Source: Hypanus sabinus (Eukaryota). Taken from it: a stretch of 64,000 nt of DNA. Where the stretch lies: NCBI RefSeq assembly GCF_030144855.1, contig NC_082730.1, forward strand, positions 13,702,001 to 13,766,000, in the 5' to 3' direction. This document shows, piece after piece, positions 11,786 through 24,974 of the stretch. Position numbers and translations under genes: made by a program. How positions within the stretch are numbered: the first letter of the stretch is position 1; every line of letters starts with the position of its first letter. The notes beneath the pieces were generated by a model that did not search any database, was not told the origin of the DNA, and saw only the letters and a program-made list of their open reading frames with translations.

Positions 11786-14549
11786 GCAATACTGTGGGCG
11801 CAAAAAAAAAAACATGGATGGTATTTTGCCTCTCAGGTGCCAGGGTTCATGACGTTGCTGGTCACATCCACAATATCCTGAAATGGGAGGATGAGCAGCC
11901 AGAGGTCATTATACATATTGGTACCAACAATATAGGTAGAAACAGGGTGGAGGTCCTGAGAGCAGAATACAGGGAGTTAGGAAGGAAGCTGAGAAGCAGA
12001 ACCTCAAAGGTAATAATTTCTGGATTGCTGCCTGTTCCATGTGACAGCGAGTATAGGAATAGAATGAGGTGGAGGATAAATGTGTGGCTGAAGGTTTGGT
12101 GCAGGATGTAGTGATTCAGATTTTTGGATCATTGGGATCCCTTCAGAGGCAGCTGTGATCTGTACAAAAATGATGGGTTGCACTTGAATCCAAGGGGGAC
12201 CAATATCCTGGCGGGAAGGTTTACTAATTAGATTTTCAGGAGCGTGGGAACCAAGTTGAGGAGTCAGAGGATGGGGAGGTTGGAGCACAAGAAAAAACAG
12301 CTTGTAGGGAGTTTGTGAAGAAGGATAGGTAAATGTTAGAACAAAGATGCACTCAGCCTGATGGATTGAGATGAGTCTGTTTTAATGCAAGCAGTATTAT
12401 AAACAAGTCGGATGAACTTAGAGTGTGGATCAATACGTGGAACTGTGATGTTGTGGCCATTATATAGACGTGGTTGTCTCAGGAGCAGGAATGGCTGCTG
12501 AGTGTGCCAGGCTTTAGATGTTTCAAAAAGAACAGAAAGGGAGGCAGAAGAGGTTGGGGGTGTGGCTTTGCTCATAAGGGGAAGTGTCACAGCTGCAGAA
12601 AAGGGGGAAGTCATTGAGGGATGGTCTACTGAGTCAGTGTGGGTAGAAGTCAGGAATAGGAAAGGGGCAATAACGCTACTGGGTTTAGGAGAGCTAGAAG
12701 GAGCCATGAGAAGGCCTTAGTGGGCAGGATTAAGGAAACCCCCAAGGCATTCTACAAGAGGATGGGCCATGTGAGAATAGGACCAATCAGGTGTGACAGT
12801 GGATTTGTGTTCATGGAGTCGGAGGTGGTAGTGGAGGTACTTAATGAATCCTTTGCTTCAGTATTCACCAGGGAGAAAGATCTTGGCAGATGTGGTGATA
12901 ACTTAGAGTGGACTGAAATGCTTCAGCATATAGACATTAAAAAAGAGGATGTGCTGGAGCTTTTGAAAAGCGTTAAGTTAGATAAGTCACTGGGACCGGA
13001 TGAGATATAACCCAGGCTGTTGTGGGAAGCAAAGGAGGAGATCACTGAGCCTTTTGCAATGAACTATGCATCATCAGTAGGGACAGAAGAAGTACCGTAG
13101 GATTGGAACATTGTAAATGTTGTTTACTTGTTCAAGAAAGGGAGTAGAGATAACTCAGGAAATTATAAACCAATATGTCTGATTTCAGTGGTGGGCAAGT
13201 TGTTGGAGATGATCCTGAGAGGCAGGATTCATGAGCATTGGAGAGACATAATCTGATTAGGAATAGTCAGCATGGCTTTGTCAAAGGCAGGTCATGCCTT
13301 TTGAACCTGATTTAATTTTTTGAGGATGTAACAAAACACATTAATGATGGTTGGTCAGAGAATGTATTGTATTTGGATTTCAGTAAGGCTCTTCTAAAGG
13401 TGCCCCATGCAAGATGCCTTCAGAAGGTAAGGAGGCATGGGATCCAAGGAGACTTTGCTTTGTGGATCCAGAATTGGCTTGCCCACAAAAGGCAAAGGGT
13501 GGTTGTAGATGGTTCGTATTCTGCATGGAGGTCGGTGAGCAGTGGTGTTCCACAGGGATCTGTTCTGGGACCCCTCCTCTTTGTGATTTTTATAAATGAC
13601 CTGGATGAAGAAGTAGGAGGGTGGGTTATTAAGTTTGCTGATGACTCAAAGGTTAGGGGTGTTGTGGATAGTTTGAAGGGTTGTCAGAGGTTACTGTGGG
13701 AGATCAATAGGATGCAGAACTGGGCTGAGAAGTGGCAGATAGACTTCAACCCAGATTAGTATAAAGTGATTCAGTTTGGTAGGTCAAATTTGAAGACAGA
13801 ATATAATATTAATGGTAAGACTCTTGGCAGTGTGGAGGATCTGAGAGATCTTGGGGTCCTTGTTGATAGGACACTCAAAGCTGCTGTGTATATTGTCAGC
13901 GTTGTTAAAAAGGTATATGCTGTGTTGGCATTCTTCAGTCATGGATTGGGTTTAAGAGCCATGTGGTAATGTTACAGCTATATAAGAACTTGGTCAGATC
14001 CCACTTGGAGTATTGTGTTCAGTTTTGGTCACCTCACTACAAGAAGGATGAGGATACTATAGAGAGATTGCAGAGGAGATTTCCAATGATGTTGCCTGGA
14101 TTGGAGGGTATAACTTATGAGAATAGTTTGAGTGTACTTGGCCTCTTCTCTTTGGAGCGATGGAGGATGAGATAGATCTGATAGAGGTGTATAAGATGAT
14201 GAGTGATGTTGATCCTGTAGATAGCCAGAGGCTTTTCCCAGGGCTGAAATGGCCAACACGAGGGGGCATAGTTTTTAGGTGCTTGGAAATACGTACCAAA
14301 GGGATGTCAGGCGTAAGTTTTTCACACAGAGAGCGGTGGGTGCATGGAATGTACTGCCGGCAGTGGTGGTGGAACCAGATACGATAGGGTCTTTTAGGAG
14401 CCACTTAGATAGATTCATGCAGCTTAGAAAAATAGAAGGCTATGTGCTAGGGAAATTCTAGGCAGTTTCTAGAGTAGGTTACATGGTCAGCACAACATTG
14501 AGGGCTGCAGGGCCTGTAATGTGCTGTAGATTTCTATGTTGTATGTTCT
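11786..14549 (+). mobile_element. CR1 LINE, 5'-truncated and internally deleted (esterase ORF1, endonuclease part, RT, 3' tail)
   Basis: ORF1 GARVHDV...IHIGTNNIG (SGNH esterase) and [24 protein letters not shown]...KFADD. Tail ttctatgttgtatgttct. Many stops and frameshifts. Confidence 0.92.
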
Positions 14550-14950
14550 TTGGTTGCAGAGGAAGGTACAGAGACCCTGGTTCTATAGCTCCTCTATCAG
14601 GTCTGTGGGAATAATAGTGTTAATCACTGAGCTATAGCCAATAAACAGCATCCTGACACAGGTGTTTGTATTGTCCAAGTGATCCAAGCCTCGTGGACAG
14701 CCAATGAGATCTTGCGTGCTAAAGAGCTATTGTTGCGACAGGTAAATTGCAGTGGGTTGGGGTCATTGCTGAGGCAGTTGCATATTCTAGCCACGACCAA
14801 TCTCTCAATGTACTTCATCACCATAGATGTGAATGCAACTGGACAATAATCATTAGGGCAGCTCACACTTGGGCACTTATATAATTGTTGCCCTTTTGAT
14901 GCAAGTGGCAAGTTCCAACTGTAGCAATAAGAGATAGAAAATGTCTTTGA
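14550..14950 (-). mobile_element. Rex1/Babar RT, 5' continuation of the 10748-11785 element
   Basis: DYCPVAFTSMVMKYIERLV...PLQF...[15 protein letters not shown]...GLCTFLCN is colinear with RPQSVWIG at 11785. Confidence 0.75.
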
Positions 14951-15932
14951 ACGTTTCAATCTCTTGAAACTTCTTGAATGAACAAAAAACCTTCGGGAGT
15001 AAACCACAAAGCACCGGAGGAACTCAGCAGGTCAGTCGAAATATGTGAGAGAACAAAACCAGTGAAGTTTCATGTTGAAAAACTGTATCTGGGCAATAAC
15101 CTTGCCCATCCCATCCCCTGACAGATGCTGAATTCCTGACCATTGAGTTCCTCCAGTGGGTTACGTTGGCCATTTCCCAGCAACTAATATTTAGCCCATA
15201 CCCTTACCTGTGGAACAGTTTCATCTTCAGCACATGGCTTCTAACAGTATTTCCCAGCTTTCTACTCAACACTTCTTCCTCAGATCCCAACTTTTCAAAA
15301 GGCTTTCAGTGCAAGTTTCCCTGGATGGTGAGAGACCGCGGATTGAAGGAGACAAGAGACACAGTCTCTTTCTTGGGGGGGATACATTAGGGGCAAATGA
15401 AAGTACTATATATGCAGAAAATGTTGAACCCCAAAAATAACACTAGGGTCGTCATACATTCTGGTTTTATACTTAGCGAAAAAGGACACTGACATATTGT
15501 CACCAGATTTCCTGCCAATAGAAAATAAAATTCAGTTCCACTTCTGATTTCCTGGAGTAGGATCATAGAACTTACAACATAAGAGGCCATTCATCCCTTC
15601 ATTCAGTACTGGTTAGAAAAGCTCTGTCTGTTCTTGTCCTTCCTCTAACATTGGGACTTTTGCTTGGCAGGTGACGGCTCTTCAAATGCACCTTCCAGGC
15701 TCCATTTATAGTGCGGAAGTTTTCTGCCTCTGCCAACCTTTCAGGAAGTCAACTTCAGAATGCTACCACCTCCTCACTTCTTTGTGGTGTTGGAGTGGTT
15801 TCTGAGTTTCTGATATCTTTGGAGCTTCCCTCCTGGTAGGACCTGCCCTGGTGGAAAGGTCAAGGGAGAGGTTCTAGACATAAAGCAATCTAAACAAGAC
15901 CTCAACACTGGAGCCAATGGAAGATGACTAAT

Positions 15933-17103
15933 AAAAACACAAAATGCTGGCAGAACTCAGCAGGCCAGACAGCATCTGTGGGAAGAGGTAGTGACGACGT
16001 TTCGAGCCGAAACCCTTCATCAGGAGTGAAGTAACATGGGATGGTCGCGGAGGGATAAGAAATGGGTGGAGGGATGAAGTTGAGAGCTGGGAAGTGATAG
16101 GCTGGAGGGAAATGGGCTGGGGGAAGGTGGAGAATTATGGGAAATAAAAGAGAAAGAAAGGTAGGGCTGGGGGGAGATTATAGTGAGAAGGGGAAAAAGA
16201 GAGAGAGAAAGAGAACCAGACTAAAATAATAGATAGGGATGGGAGTAAGGGGGAGGCAGGGGTATCAATGGAGGTATGTGAGGTGGATGTTCATGCCGGC
16301 ATGTAGGAGGCTACCTAGGTGGGAGATAAGGTATTGCTCCATCGACCTGCGTGTGGCCTCATCTTGACAGTAGAGGAGGCCATGGACAGACATGTTGGAG
16401 TTGGAGTGGTCTGTGGAATTGAAGTGTGTGGCCACAGGGAGATCCCGCCACTGCTGGAGGACTGAGTGTCGGTGTTCGGTGAAACGGTCTCCCAGTCTGC
16501 AATGGGTCTCCCCAATGTATAAATGGCCACATCGGGAGAACCAGATACAGTATATCACCCCCGTTGACTTGCAGGTGAAGTGGTGCCTCACCTGAAAGGA
16601 CTGTGGGGGGCCTGGGATGGTGGTGAGGGAAGAAGTGTGGGGGCAGGTGTAGCACTTCTTCAGTTTGCAGGGATGAGTGCCCGGAGGGAGGTCAGTGGGG
16701 AGGGATGGGGGGGATAAATGAACAAGGGGGTCACGTAGGGAGCGATCCCTGCGGAAAGCCGAGAGTGGGGGGGAGGGGAAGATGTGGCTGGTGGTGGGAT
16801 CACATAGGAGGTGGCGGAAGTTACGGAGGATTATACGTTGGATATGTAGGCCGGTAGGGTGATAGGTGAGGACCAGGGAGACTCTATCCCAGGTGGGCTG
16901 GCGGGGGGATGGGGTGAGGGCAGAGGTGCGTGAAATACGGGAGATGCGATGGAGGGCAGAGTTGATAGTGGACGAAGGGAAGCTCCTTTCTTTAAAAAAG
17001 GAAGACATCTCCTTTATCCTGGAATGAAAGGCCTCATCCTGAGAGCAGATGCGGCGGATCCTGGAATGAAAGGCCTCATCCTGAGAGCAGATGCGGCAGA
17101 TGC
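15933..17103 (-). mobile_element. Penelope-like element (RT C-terminus plus GIY-YIG endonuclease), 5'-truncated
   Basis: The 285-aa minus ORF 16265-17122 contains GVIYCIW..CGHLYIGETH..RLGDRFTEH...VATHFN. Candidate TSD GACTAAT at 15926-15932 and 17104-17110. Confidence 0.9.
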
Positions 17104-18070
17104 GACTAATGGTGTTCCACAAGGGTCTGTGTTAGGACAGCTTCTTTTTACTTTATATGTCAATAAGTTGGATGACGGAATTAATGGCTTTGTTGCAAAC
17201 TTTGCAGATGACACGACGATAGGAGGAGGGGCAGGTAGTTTAGAGGAAGCAGAGCGGCTACAGACGGACTTAAACTTTTGAGGAGAACTGGAAAAGAAGT
17301 GGCAGATGGGATACAGTGTCAGGAAGAGTACGGTCATGCACTTTGATAGAAGAAATTAAAGGACAGACTAATTTCTAAATGGAGAAAAAAGTTTAAAACT
17401 CTGAGGCACAATGGGACTTGGGAGTCATTGTTCAAGATTCCCTAAAAGTTAATTTGCAGGTTCATTTGGTGGAGAGGAAGGCAAATGAGATGTTAGCATT
17501 TATTTTGAGTGGACTGGAATATAGAAGCAAGGATGTAACGTTGAGGCTTTATAAAGCACTGGTGAGGCCTCACTTGAAGCATTGTGAGCAGTTTTGAGGT
17601 CCTTATCTAAGAAAGCACAGAAATGACTCTGAGATTGATAGGCTTGTTATATGAAGAGTGTTTGATAGCTCTGGGCCTTTACTCACTGGAACCAGAAGAA
17701 TGAAGGGTGATTTCTTTGCAACTTATCGAATGTTGAAAGGTCGCAGTCAGGTGAATGTGGAGGGGATGTTTCCAATGATGGGGAGGTCCAAACCTAGTGA
17801 ACCCAGCCTCAGAATAGAGGGATGTCCTTAATAATGGAAATGAGGAGGCATTTCTTTACCTAGGGAGTGGTGAATCTGTGGAATTTGTTGCTACAGGCAG
17901 CTGTGGAGGCCAAGTCATTGGGTTTACTTAAGGCAGAGGTGGAAAGATTTTCGATTAGTCAGGGCATGAAGGTATACGGGGAGAAGGCAGGAGATTGGGA
18001 CTGAGGGAAATGGATCAGATATGATGAAATGATAGAGCAGACTCAATGGATCTAATTCTGTTCCTAAATC
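17104..18070 (+). mobile_element. CR1 RT 3' fragment, degenerate
   Basis: [23 protein letters not shown]...FADDT plus CR1 3' UTR. Confidence 0.85.
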
Positions 18071-18329
18071 TTAGGACTCTGCAAATAAAGGAAGACATTT
18101 CATGTGCTTTTCTAATCACCTTATCTGCATCTTCTGCCACGCTCAATGATCAGTGATCACATTCACCAAGGTCACAGTCATCCTCCACATTCCTCAGCAC
18201 CCTCGCATTTACTTATCCATTCACACACTGGTGGAGGGGTGGAGATATATCTCTATCAAAGGAAGAATAAGGCGATCCTTTACCCTTGGGAAAGTTGCAA
18301 CACCTGCTTAGCAACCCCCCAATCAGGAT

Positions 18330-20480
18330 TGGGACAGGCTGTTTTCTGGCAAAAGTGTACTTGGAAAGAGGGAGGCCTTCAAAAATGAAATTTAGAGAGT
18401 ACAAAGCTTATATGTGCCTGTCAGAATAAAAGGGAAAGATTGCAAGTGTAAGGATCCTTGGTTTTTGAGAGATATAGGGCCCTGGTTAATAGAATAAAGG
18501 AGGTGCAAAGCAGGCATAGGCAGGTAGGAACAAATGAGGTGCTTACGGAGTATAAGAAATGCTAAGGAACACTTAAGAAAGAAATCAAGAAGCCTAAAAG
18601 AAAGCAGAAATTTGGTCTAGCAGATAAGGTGAAGGAGAATCATAAGGGATTTTACAGGTATGTTAAGAGCAAAAGGATTGCAAGAGAAAAAATCGTTCCT
18701 CTGGAAGGCCAGAACAGTAATCTATGTGTGGAGCAAAAACAGATGAGGTAGATCTTAAATGCATTCTATGCACTGGGAAATGGATACAGAGTCTTTAGAA
18801 GTGAGGCAAGGGGGCATCAACTTCGTGGACACTGTGCAGATTGTAGAGGAGGAGGTGTTTTCTACCCTGGAGCAAATCAGGGTGGATAAAGTTCCAGGGT
18901 GGATATTCCCTCGGACCCTACAAGCGGCATACAGAAATTGCTAGGGCCCTAGCAGAGATATTGAAATCATTCTTAGTGACAGAAAAGTTACCAGAGAATT
19001 GCAGGAAAGCCAGTGTTGTTCCACTGCTTAAAAAAGGCTCTAAACAAAAAACCATGAAATTATAAGCTGGTGAATCTGACATAAATTGTGGGAAAGTTAT
19101 TGGAAGGTATTCTAAGGTATCGGATATGTAAGTATTTGGATAGACATGGGCTGATTAAGGATAGGCAGTATGGCTTTGTGCATGGTAGGACATGTCGAAC
19201 CAATCTTATAGAGTTTTTCAAGGAAGTAACCAGGAAAGTAGATAAAGGTAAGGCAGAGGAAGTGGTCTGCATGTATCTAATAAGACATTTGACAAAGTCC
19301 CGCATGGGAGGTTTATCCAGAAGTTTCAGTTGTTCGGCATTCAAGATGTGGTAGTAAACTGGATTGGACTTTGGCTTTGTGGGAGAAGTCAGAGAGTGGT
19401 AGTATATGGTTGCCTCTCTGAACGGAGGACTATGACGAGTGGAGTGCCACAGGGATCGGTGTTGGGTCCTTCGTTGTTTGTCATCTATATCAATGATCTG
19501 GATGATAATGTTTTTAACTGAATCAGCAAATTTGCAGATGATGCAAAGATTGGAGGTGTAGTGGGCCGTGAAGAAGTCTATAATGGCTTGCAGAGGGATC
19601 TGCATCAGCTGCAAAAATGGGCTAAAAGATGGCAAATGGAATTTAATGCAGGCAAGTGCGATGTTTTGCATTTCGGTGGGACTAACCAGGCCAGGTGGTA
19701 GGGCACTGAGAGTGTAGTAGGACAATGAGAGGGATCTGGGAAAACAGGTACATAATTTGCTGAAAGTGGTATCACAGATAGATAAGGTTATAAAGAAAGC
19801 TTTTGGCACGTTGGTCATAAATCAATGAGTACAGAAGATTGGAAGTCACATTGAAGTTGTATAAGATGTTGAGAAGATTTGGAAAATTGTGTGCAGTTTT
19901 GGTCACCTACCTTCACAAAAGATGTAAACAATGTTGAAAGATTGCAACGAAAATTTACAAGGATGTTGCTGGGTCTGGAAGACCTGAGTTATAGGCAAAG
20001 ATTGAATAGGTTGGTACTGCATTCTTCAGAACGTAGAAGACTGGCAACTTCTGGCAAGATGGTGGCGCGGCTGATTGCAGTAGCCTCTATGGGGTCAACA
20101 AAAGGTGCTACTGTTGTACTTAAATGTACATCTAATGATCACAGGATTCTGCTATATGTTAAGAACTCGAAGGACTGCAGGCCTACACCATCAGCGAGTT
20201 GCTCGCTGGTGGAGATAATGAAGGAGGCATGCAAGGTGCCGCTGCTTGAGTCAATGGCGTCTTACAGTCAAATAGTGAGTAGCCATCATGGTCACTTTTC
20301 TTGTGATAGCAAGACCCCTTTTAAGAGAAGTTTGAAGAGGTACATCAATATCAGGGATATGGAGGGCTATGGTCCTGGGGCAGCTCGATGAGAATAGACA
20401 GTTTGAATAGTTTTGGCATGCACTAGATGGGCAGAAGGGCCTGTTTCTGTGCTCTACTTCTTTATGACTCTATAAGTCTA
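18330..20480 (+). mobile_element. CR1 LINE fragment (post-endonuclease region, RT, 3' end) with a foreign insert at ~20043-20297
   Basis: [42 protein letters not shown] and CVQFWSP motifs. Confidence 0.85.
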
Positions 20481-21379
20481 TGTCGTAAGTCTTGGTTATG
20501 TGGCCACTGACACCAGTCAGACAATCTCTGAAGAGTATTGATAATGGCCCAGGTCACCCATCTTGTAAAGTCAATGCCCAGCAGAAGGCAATGGCAACCC
20601 ACTTCCTTAGAACAATTATGGTCACTGAAAGACAATGATCACCTACATCATATGGCATGGCACATAACAAAGAAAACAGAAAAAATTACTACACCACTTC
20701 TTTCCTCATAATCCTCTCTCATTCTTTAGACACACTGCATGTGCTACAGTGAGAGGTTGGACAAACTTGGGCTGTCTTCTCTGGAGTTGCAGAGACTGAG
20801 CGGAGGTTTATAAGATTATGAGTGGCATAGGCAGATAGCATCATTTTTCCCATGGGCATGTGTTTAAAATGAGAGGGTGTAATTTCAATGGAGCTGTGAG
20901 GGCAAGTGTTTTTTAACAAAGTGTTGGGTGCCTGGAATGTGTTGTCTGGGCTGGAGGTAGTAGCAGAGACTTGTAAGGGACATTTCATTAGGCACATGAA
21001 TGTGAAGAAAAGGAAAGGATATTGGCACTGTGTAGACATAAGGGATAAGTTTAGTTGGCCATTTGATTAGGGTTTTAAATGGTTCAACACACCACTGCCG
21101 GCCAAAATACTGTTTTATGTTCTATTTGATTATCTTTGCAATTTTTCTGCCCCACCATCCATCCAAACGCCCTTGGGGTCAAAAGCTTTTCTCTTTCCTG
21201 TCAATCACCTGTTCAATTTCACCCCACCTGCAGGTGACTTCACCACACTTACTGCATTTGAGTCTATGTTGTCAATGAGTACTGAACATCATCGAACCTC
21301 ACGGGCAATCACATCCCCCAGATGCAGCTATTTTGATGGCTGTTTTTAAAAAGGGAGGCAATGAATTTTTAAGGGCAAT

Positions 21380-23495
21380 ATTTGTCAAATATTTCAGGAA
21401 GGACAGGGAGGGAGGGAAAAGAGGGTGTGGCACTGTTGATCAGAGACAGTGTCACGGCTGCAGAAAAGGTGGACGCCATGGAGGAATTGACTACGGAGTC
21501 TCTGTGGGTGGAGGTTAGGAACAGGAAGGGGTCAATAACTTACTATGTCTTTTTTATCGGCTGCCCATCAGTAACAGGGATATCAAGGAGCAGATAGGGA
21601 AACAGATCCTGGAAAGCTGTATTAATAAGAGAGTTGTCATGATGGGTGATTTTAATTTCACAAATATTGATTGGCATCTCCCTAGAGCAAGGGGTTTAGA
21701 TGGGGCGGAGTTTGGTAGGTGTGTTCAGGAAGGTACTTGACACAGTATGTAGATAAGCCTATAAGAGGAGAGGTTGTACTTGATTTGGTATTGGGAAATG
21801 AACCTGGTCAGGTGTCAAATCTCCCAGTGAGAGAGCATTTTAGAGATAGTGATCATAATTTTGTCTCTTTTACAACAGCATTGGAGAGAGATAGGAACAG
21901 ACACGTTAGAAAAACGTATAATTGGAGTAAGGGGAATTATGGGGCTATCGGGCAGGAAATTAGAGGCTTAAATTGGAAACAGATGTTCTCAGGGAAAAGT
22001 ACAGAAGAAATGTGGCAAATATTCAGGGGATTTTCAGGCTACTGTGGGATGCGAGGGAGGAGATTGCTGAGCCTCTGGCGATGATCTTTGCATCATCAAT
22101 GGGGACAGGAGAGGTTCCAGAGGATTGGAGGGTTGCAGATGTTGTTCCTTTATCCAAGAAAGGGAGTAGAGATAGCTGAGGAAATTATAGACCAGTGAGT
22201 CTTACCTCAGTGGTTGGTAAGTTGATGGAGAAGCTCCTGAGAGGCAGAATTTATGAACCTTTGGAGAGGTGTAATATGATTAGGGGTATTCAGCATGGCT
22301 TTGTCATGGCAGGGCAGGTCATGCGTTATGAGCCTGATTGAGTTTTTTGGGGATGTGACTAAACACATTGACAAAAGAAGAGCGGTAGATATATGGATTT
22401 CAGCAAAGTGTTTGATAAGGCACCTCATGCAAGGCTTATTGAGAAAGTAAAGAGGCATGGGTTCCAGAACTGGCTTGTCCACAGAAGGCAAAGAGTGGTT
22501 GTAGATGAGTCATATTCTGCATGGAGGTCGGTCACCAGTGGAGTGTCTCAGGGATCTGTTCTGGGACCCTTACTCTTCGTGATTTTTATAAATGACCTGG
22601 ATGAGGAAGTAGAAGGATGGGTTAGTAAGTTTGCTGATGACACAAAGGTGAGTGGTGTTGTGGATAGTGTGGAGAGCTGTCAGAGGTTACAGCAGGACAT
22701 TGATAGGATGCAAAACTGGGCTGAGAAGTGGCAGATGGAGTTCAACCCAGATAAGTGTGAAGTGGTTAATTTTGGTAGGTCAAATATGATGGCAGAATAT
22801 AGTATTAATGGTAAGACTCTTGGCAGTGTGGAGCATCAGAGGGATCTTGGACTCCAAGCCCATAGGACGCTCAAAACAGCTGCGCAGGTTGACTCTGTGG
22901 TTAAGAAGGCATATGGTGCATTGGCCTTCATTAATCGTGGAATTGAATTTAGGAGCTGACAGATAATGTTGCAGCTATATAGGAACCTGTTCAGACCCCA
23001 CTTGAAGTACTGTGCTCAGATCTGGTCACCTCACTGCAGGAAGGATGTGGAAGCCATAGAAAGGGTGCAGAGGAGATTTACAAGGATGTTGCCTGGATTG
23101 GGGAGCATGCCTTATGAGAATACGTTGCGTGAACTTGGCCTTTTCTCTTTGGAGCGTCGGAGGATAAGAAGTGACCCGATAGAGGTGTATAAGACGATGA
23201 GAGGCATTGATCGTGTGGATAGTCAGAGGCTTTTTCCCAGGGCTGAAATGATTGCCACAAAAGGACACAGGTTTAAGGTGCTGGGGAGTAGGTACAGAGG
23301 AGATGACAGGGGTAAGTTTTTTACTCAGTGGTGAGTGGATAGGGTCTTTTAAGAGACTTTTGGATAGATTTCATGGAGCATTGTAAAATAGAGGGCTATG
23401 AGTAAGCCTAGTAACTTCTAAAGTAGGGACATGTTCAGCACAACTTTGTGGGCTGAAGGGCCTCTATTCTGCTGTAGGTTTTCTATGTTTCTATA
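21380..23495 (+). mobile_element. CR1 LINE, 5'-truncated with internal deletion
   Basis: Endonuclease motifs (ESLWVEVRNRKGS, GDFNF) and a 188-aa RT ORF at 22393-22959. Tail ttctatgtttctat. Confidence 0.92.
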
Positions 23496-23676
23496 AATTC
23501 CCTAACTGAACTCCACAAACTTCCTTCCTGGAATTACTCAGTAAAACAATGATTGAACACAATAAATGCTAGCACTGTGTCCTGCAGGGTGAGTGTCTGT
23601 AACAAGCTTTTTCAAAAATGGTTAAAAGAAAAAATAATTACTGGATGCTGCTGAGTAAAACGGTTGTTCACAGTTT

Positions 23677-23687
23677 GAGGAAGTGAA
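23677..23687. promoter_or_regulatory. PU.1/IRF-like composite motif (GAGGAAGTGAA) in intron 1 of gene 1
   Basis: Motif match only. It lies in TE-poor unique sequence ~0.8 kb downstream of the leader exon. Confidence 0.3.
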
Positions 23688-24506
23688 TGAGAAGGAAACG
23701 GATTCTGAGGGCAAGGTCTGCCCTCAACCCACACAGAATTGATTAACAAGACATTTCAATAACAGGAACAGCTGTCAAATGTAGACAGCTTCCTATTCGT
23801 GTTTTATTCCTATGCTTCTTTTACTGAGGAAAAGGCAGCATTAAAATTATGTTTTGTGAATGGAAAGTGTCCGTTTGCATTTTAAAGTGAAAACTTTTAC
23901 AAATTAATGTTCCCTAGGCAGCAAAACTTTCTCCCAAGATTACCCTCAGCATTGGTGCCAGACCACTCTGTGTCCTTAGCTCCCTGCACTCCTCCCTGCA
24001 CACTGACAACTGCAGGTTAGGTTTGACTCCACACCCACTCCCTCCCCCAACACACGCACCAGCCCTACGCAGGGCCTACAACTGGAAAACCTTTTGCCTT
24101 CATGGATGCTGCTGGGCCCATACAGTTCTACCAGCATTGTCTGTGGTTCCACACCCCAACATAGTTGAAACTATTCATGGAGTTCTGGACCCATACCAGT
24201 ATGTGCAGTATGTGTACATATCTACACATACTTTACCATCTCGGCTACTGAAACGGCGCACTGGACCCAAATTAACACTGGTCATTCGAATGAACAAATA
24301 AACAGTAGATGTTGGAAATCTGAGACAGAAACAGAACATGCTGGGAATACTGCATATGTCAGGCTGAATCTCTGAGAAGTGAAACAGGGTCTAAAAGTCT
24401 TGGGTCTGAAACTTTCACTGTTTCATTTCCACGGGTACAGCCTGACCTACTGAGTATTTCCTGCATTTACCAGTCTCTGTAACGTCCCACGCTGGCGGTC
24501 ACTCAC

Positions 24507-24543
24507 CGGACAGGGAACAGATGAGAAGAATCGGAATCCACAT
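24507..24543 (-). CDS. Gene 1 leader exon (MWIPILLICSLS)
   Basis: ATG in acaATG context, 12 codons plus 1 nt, donor G|gtgagt. Splices in phase 1 to the V exon to give the signal peptide MWIPILLICSLSVSGALW. Confidence 0.88.
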
Positions 24544-24629
24544 TGTTCTGTTGACAGTGACCAACCGGGCAGCACTTGTCTGTCGCCCAGCTCTTTGCTC
24601 TAAGAACTAAACGAATGACTGAGACAAAT

Positions 24630-24695
24630 AGGATGTGAAAGTTGAATGAGGAAGAAGGAGGCAGCAGGAAGTTCAGTTGTGAAACCACAGTGAGC
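24630..24695 (-). promoter_or_regulatory. Candidate proximal promoter of gene 1 with ETS/PU.1 and RUNX motifs
   Basis: GAGGAAG at 24648-24654, CAGGAAGT at 24665-24672 and AAACCACA at 24682-24689, 100-150 bp upstream of the ATG. No clear TATA box. Confidence 0.45.
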
Positions 24696-24974
24696 CAGAG
24701 GCTGAAGTCGAAGCCTTAGAATCTGAGGCCCCCTTGGTTGGACTAAACAGAAGAATCGAATTGAATTTTCATTATGTCATCGAAAAGTGAGGGATAGTTA
24801 CTGTCAGCAAAACTACTAATAACAGCTTGACTGGGGAGTTAATGATGACTGTGACAAAGATACTGCTATCATTCCAGTTGATTATGATGCTCTCCTCATT
24901 CCCTTTATGGAGAAATGCCTGTGTGTACCTTTGTTTAATGTGCGGAGGCTGACTAATGGGCAGCACCACAAGGT

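Noticed and set aside
15208-15320. Minus-strand segment with a good acceptor and gtaagg donor inside gene 1 intron 1
   Set aside because: It has stops in all three phases and no homology; at most a cryptic or poison exon, with no support.
17016-17097. Direct repeats as a CRISPR-like array
   Set aside because: Only two adjacent copies with no spacers, within a eukaryotic retroelement.
19879-20391. 170-aa plus-strand ORF
   Set aside because: A chance fusion of CR1 RT C-terminus, foreign insert and CR1 3' region.
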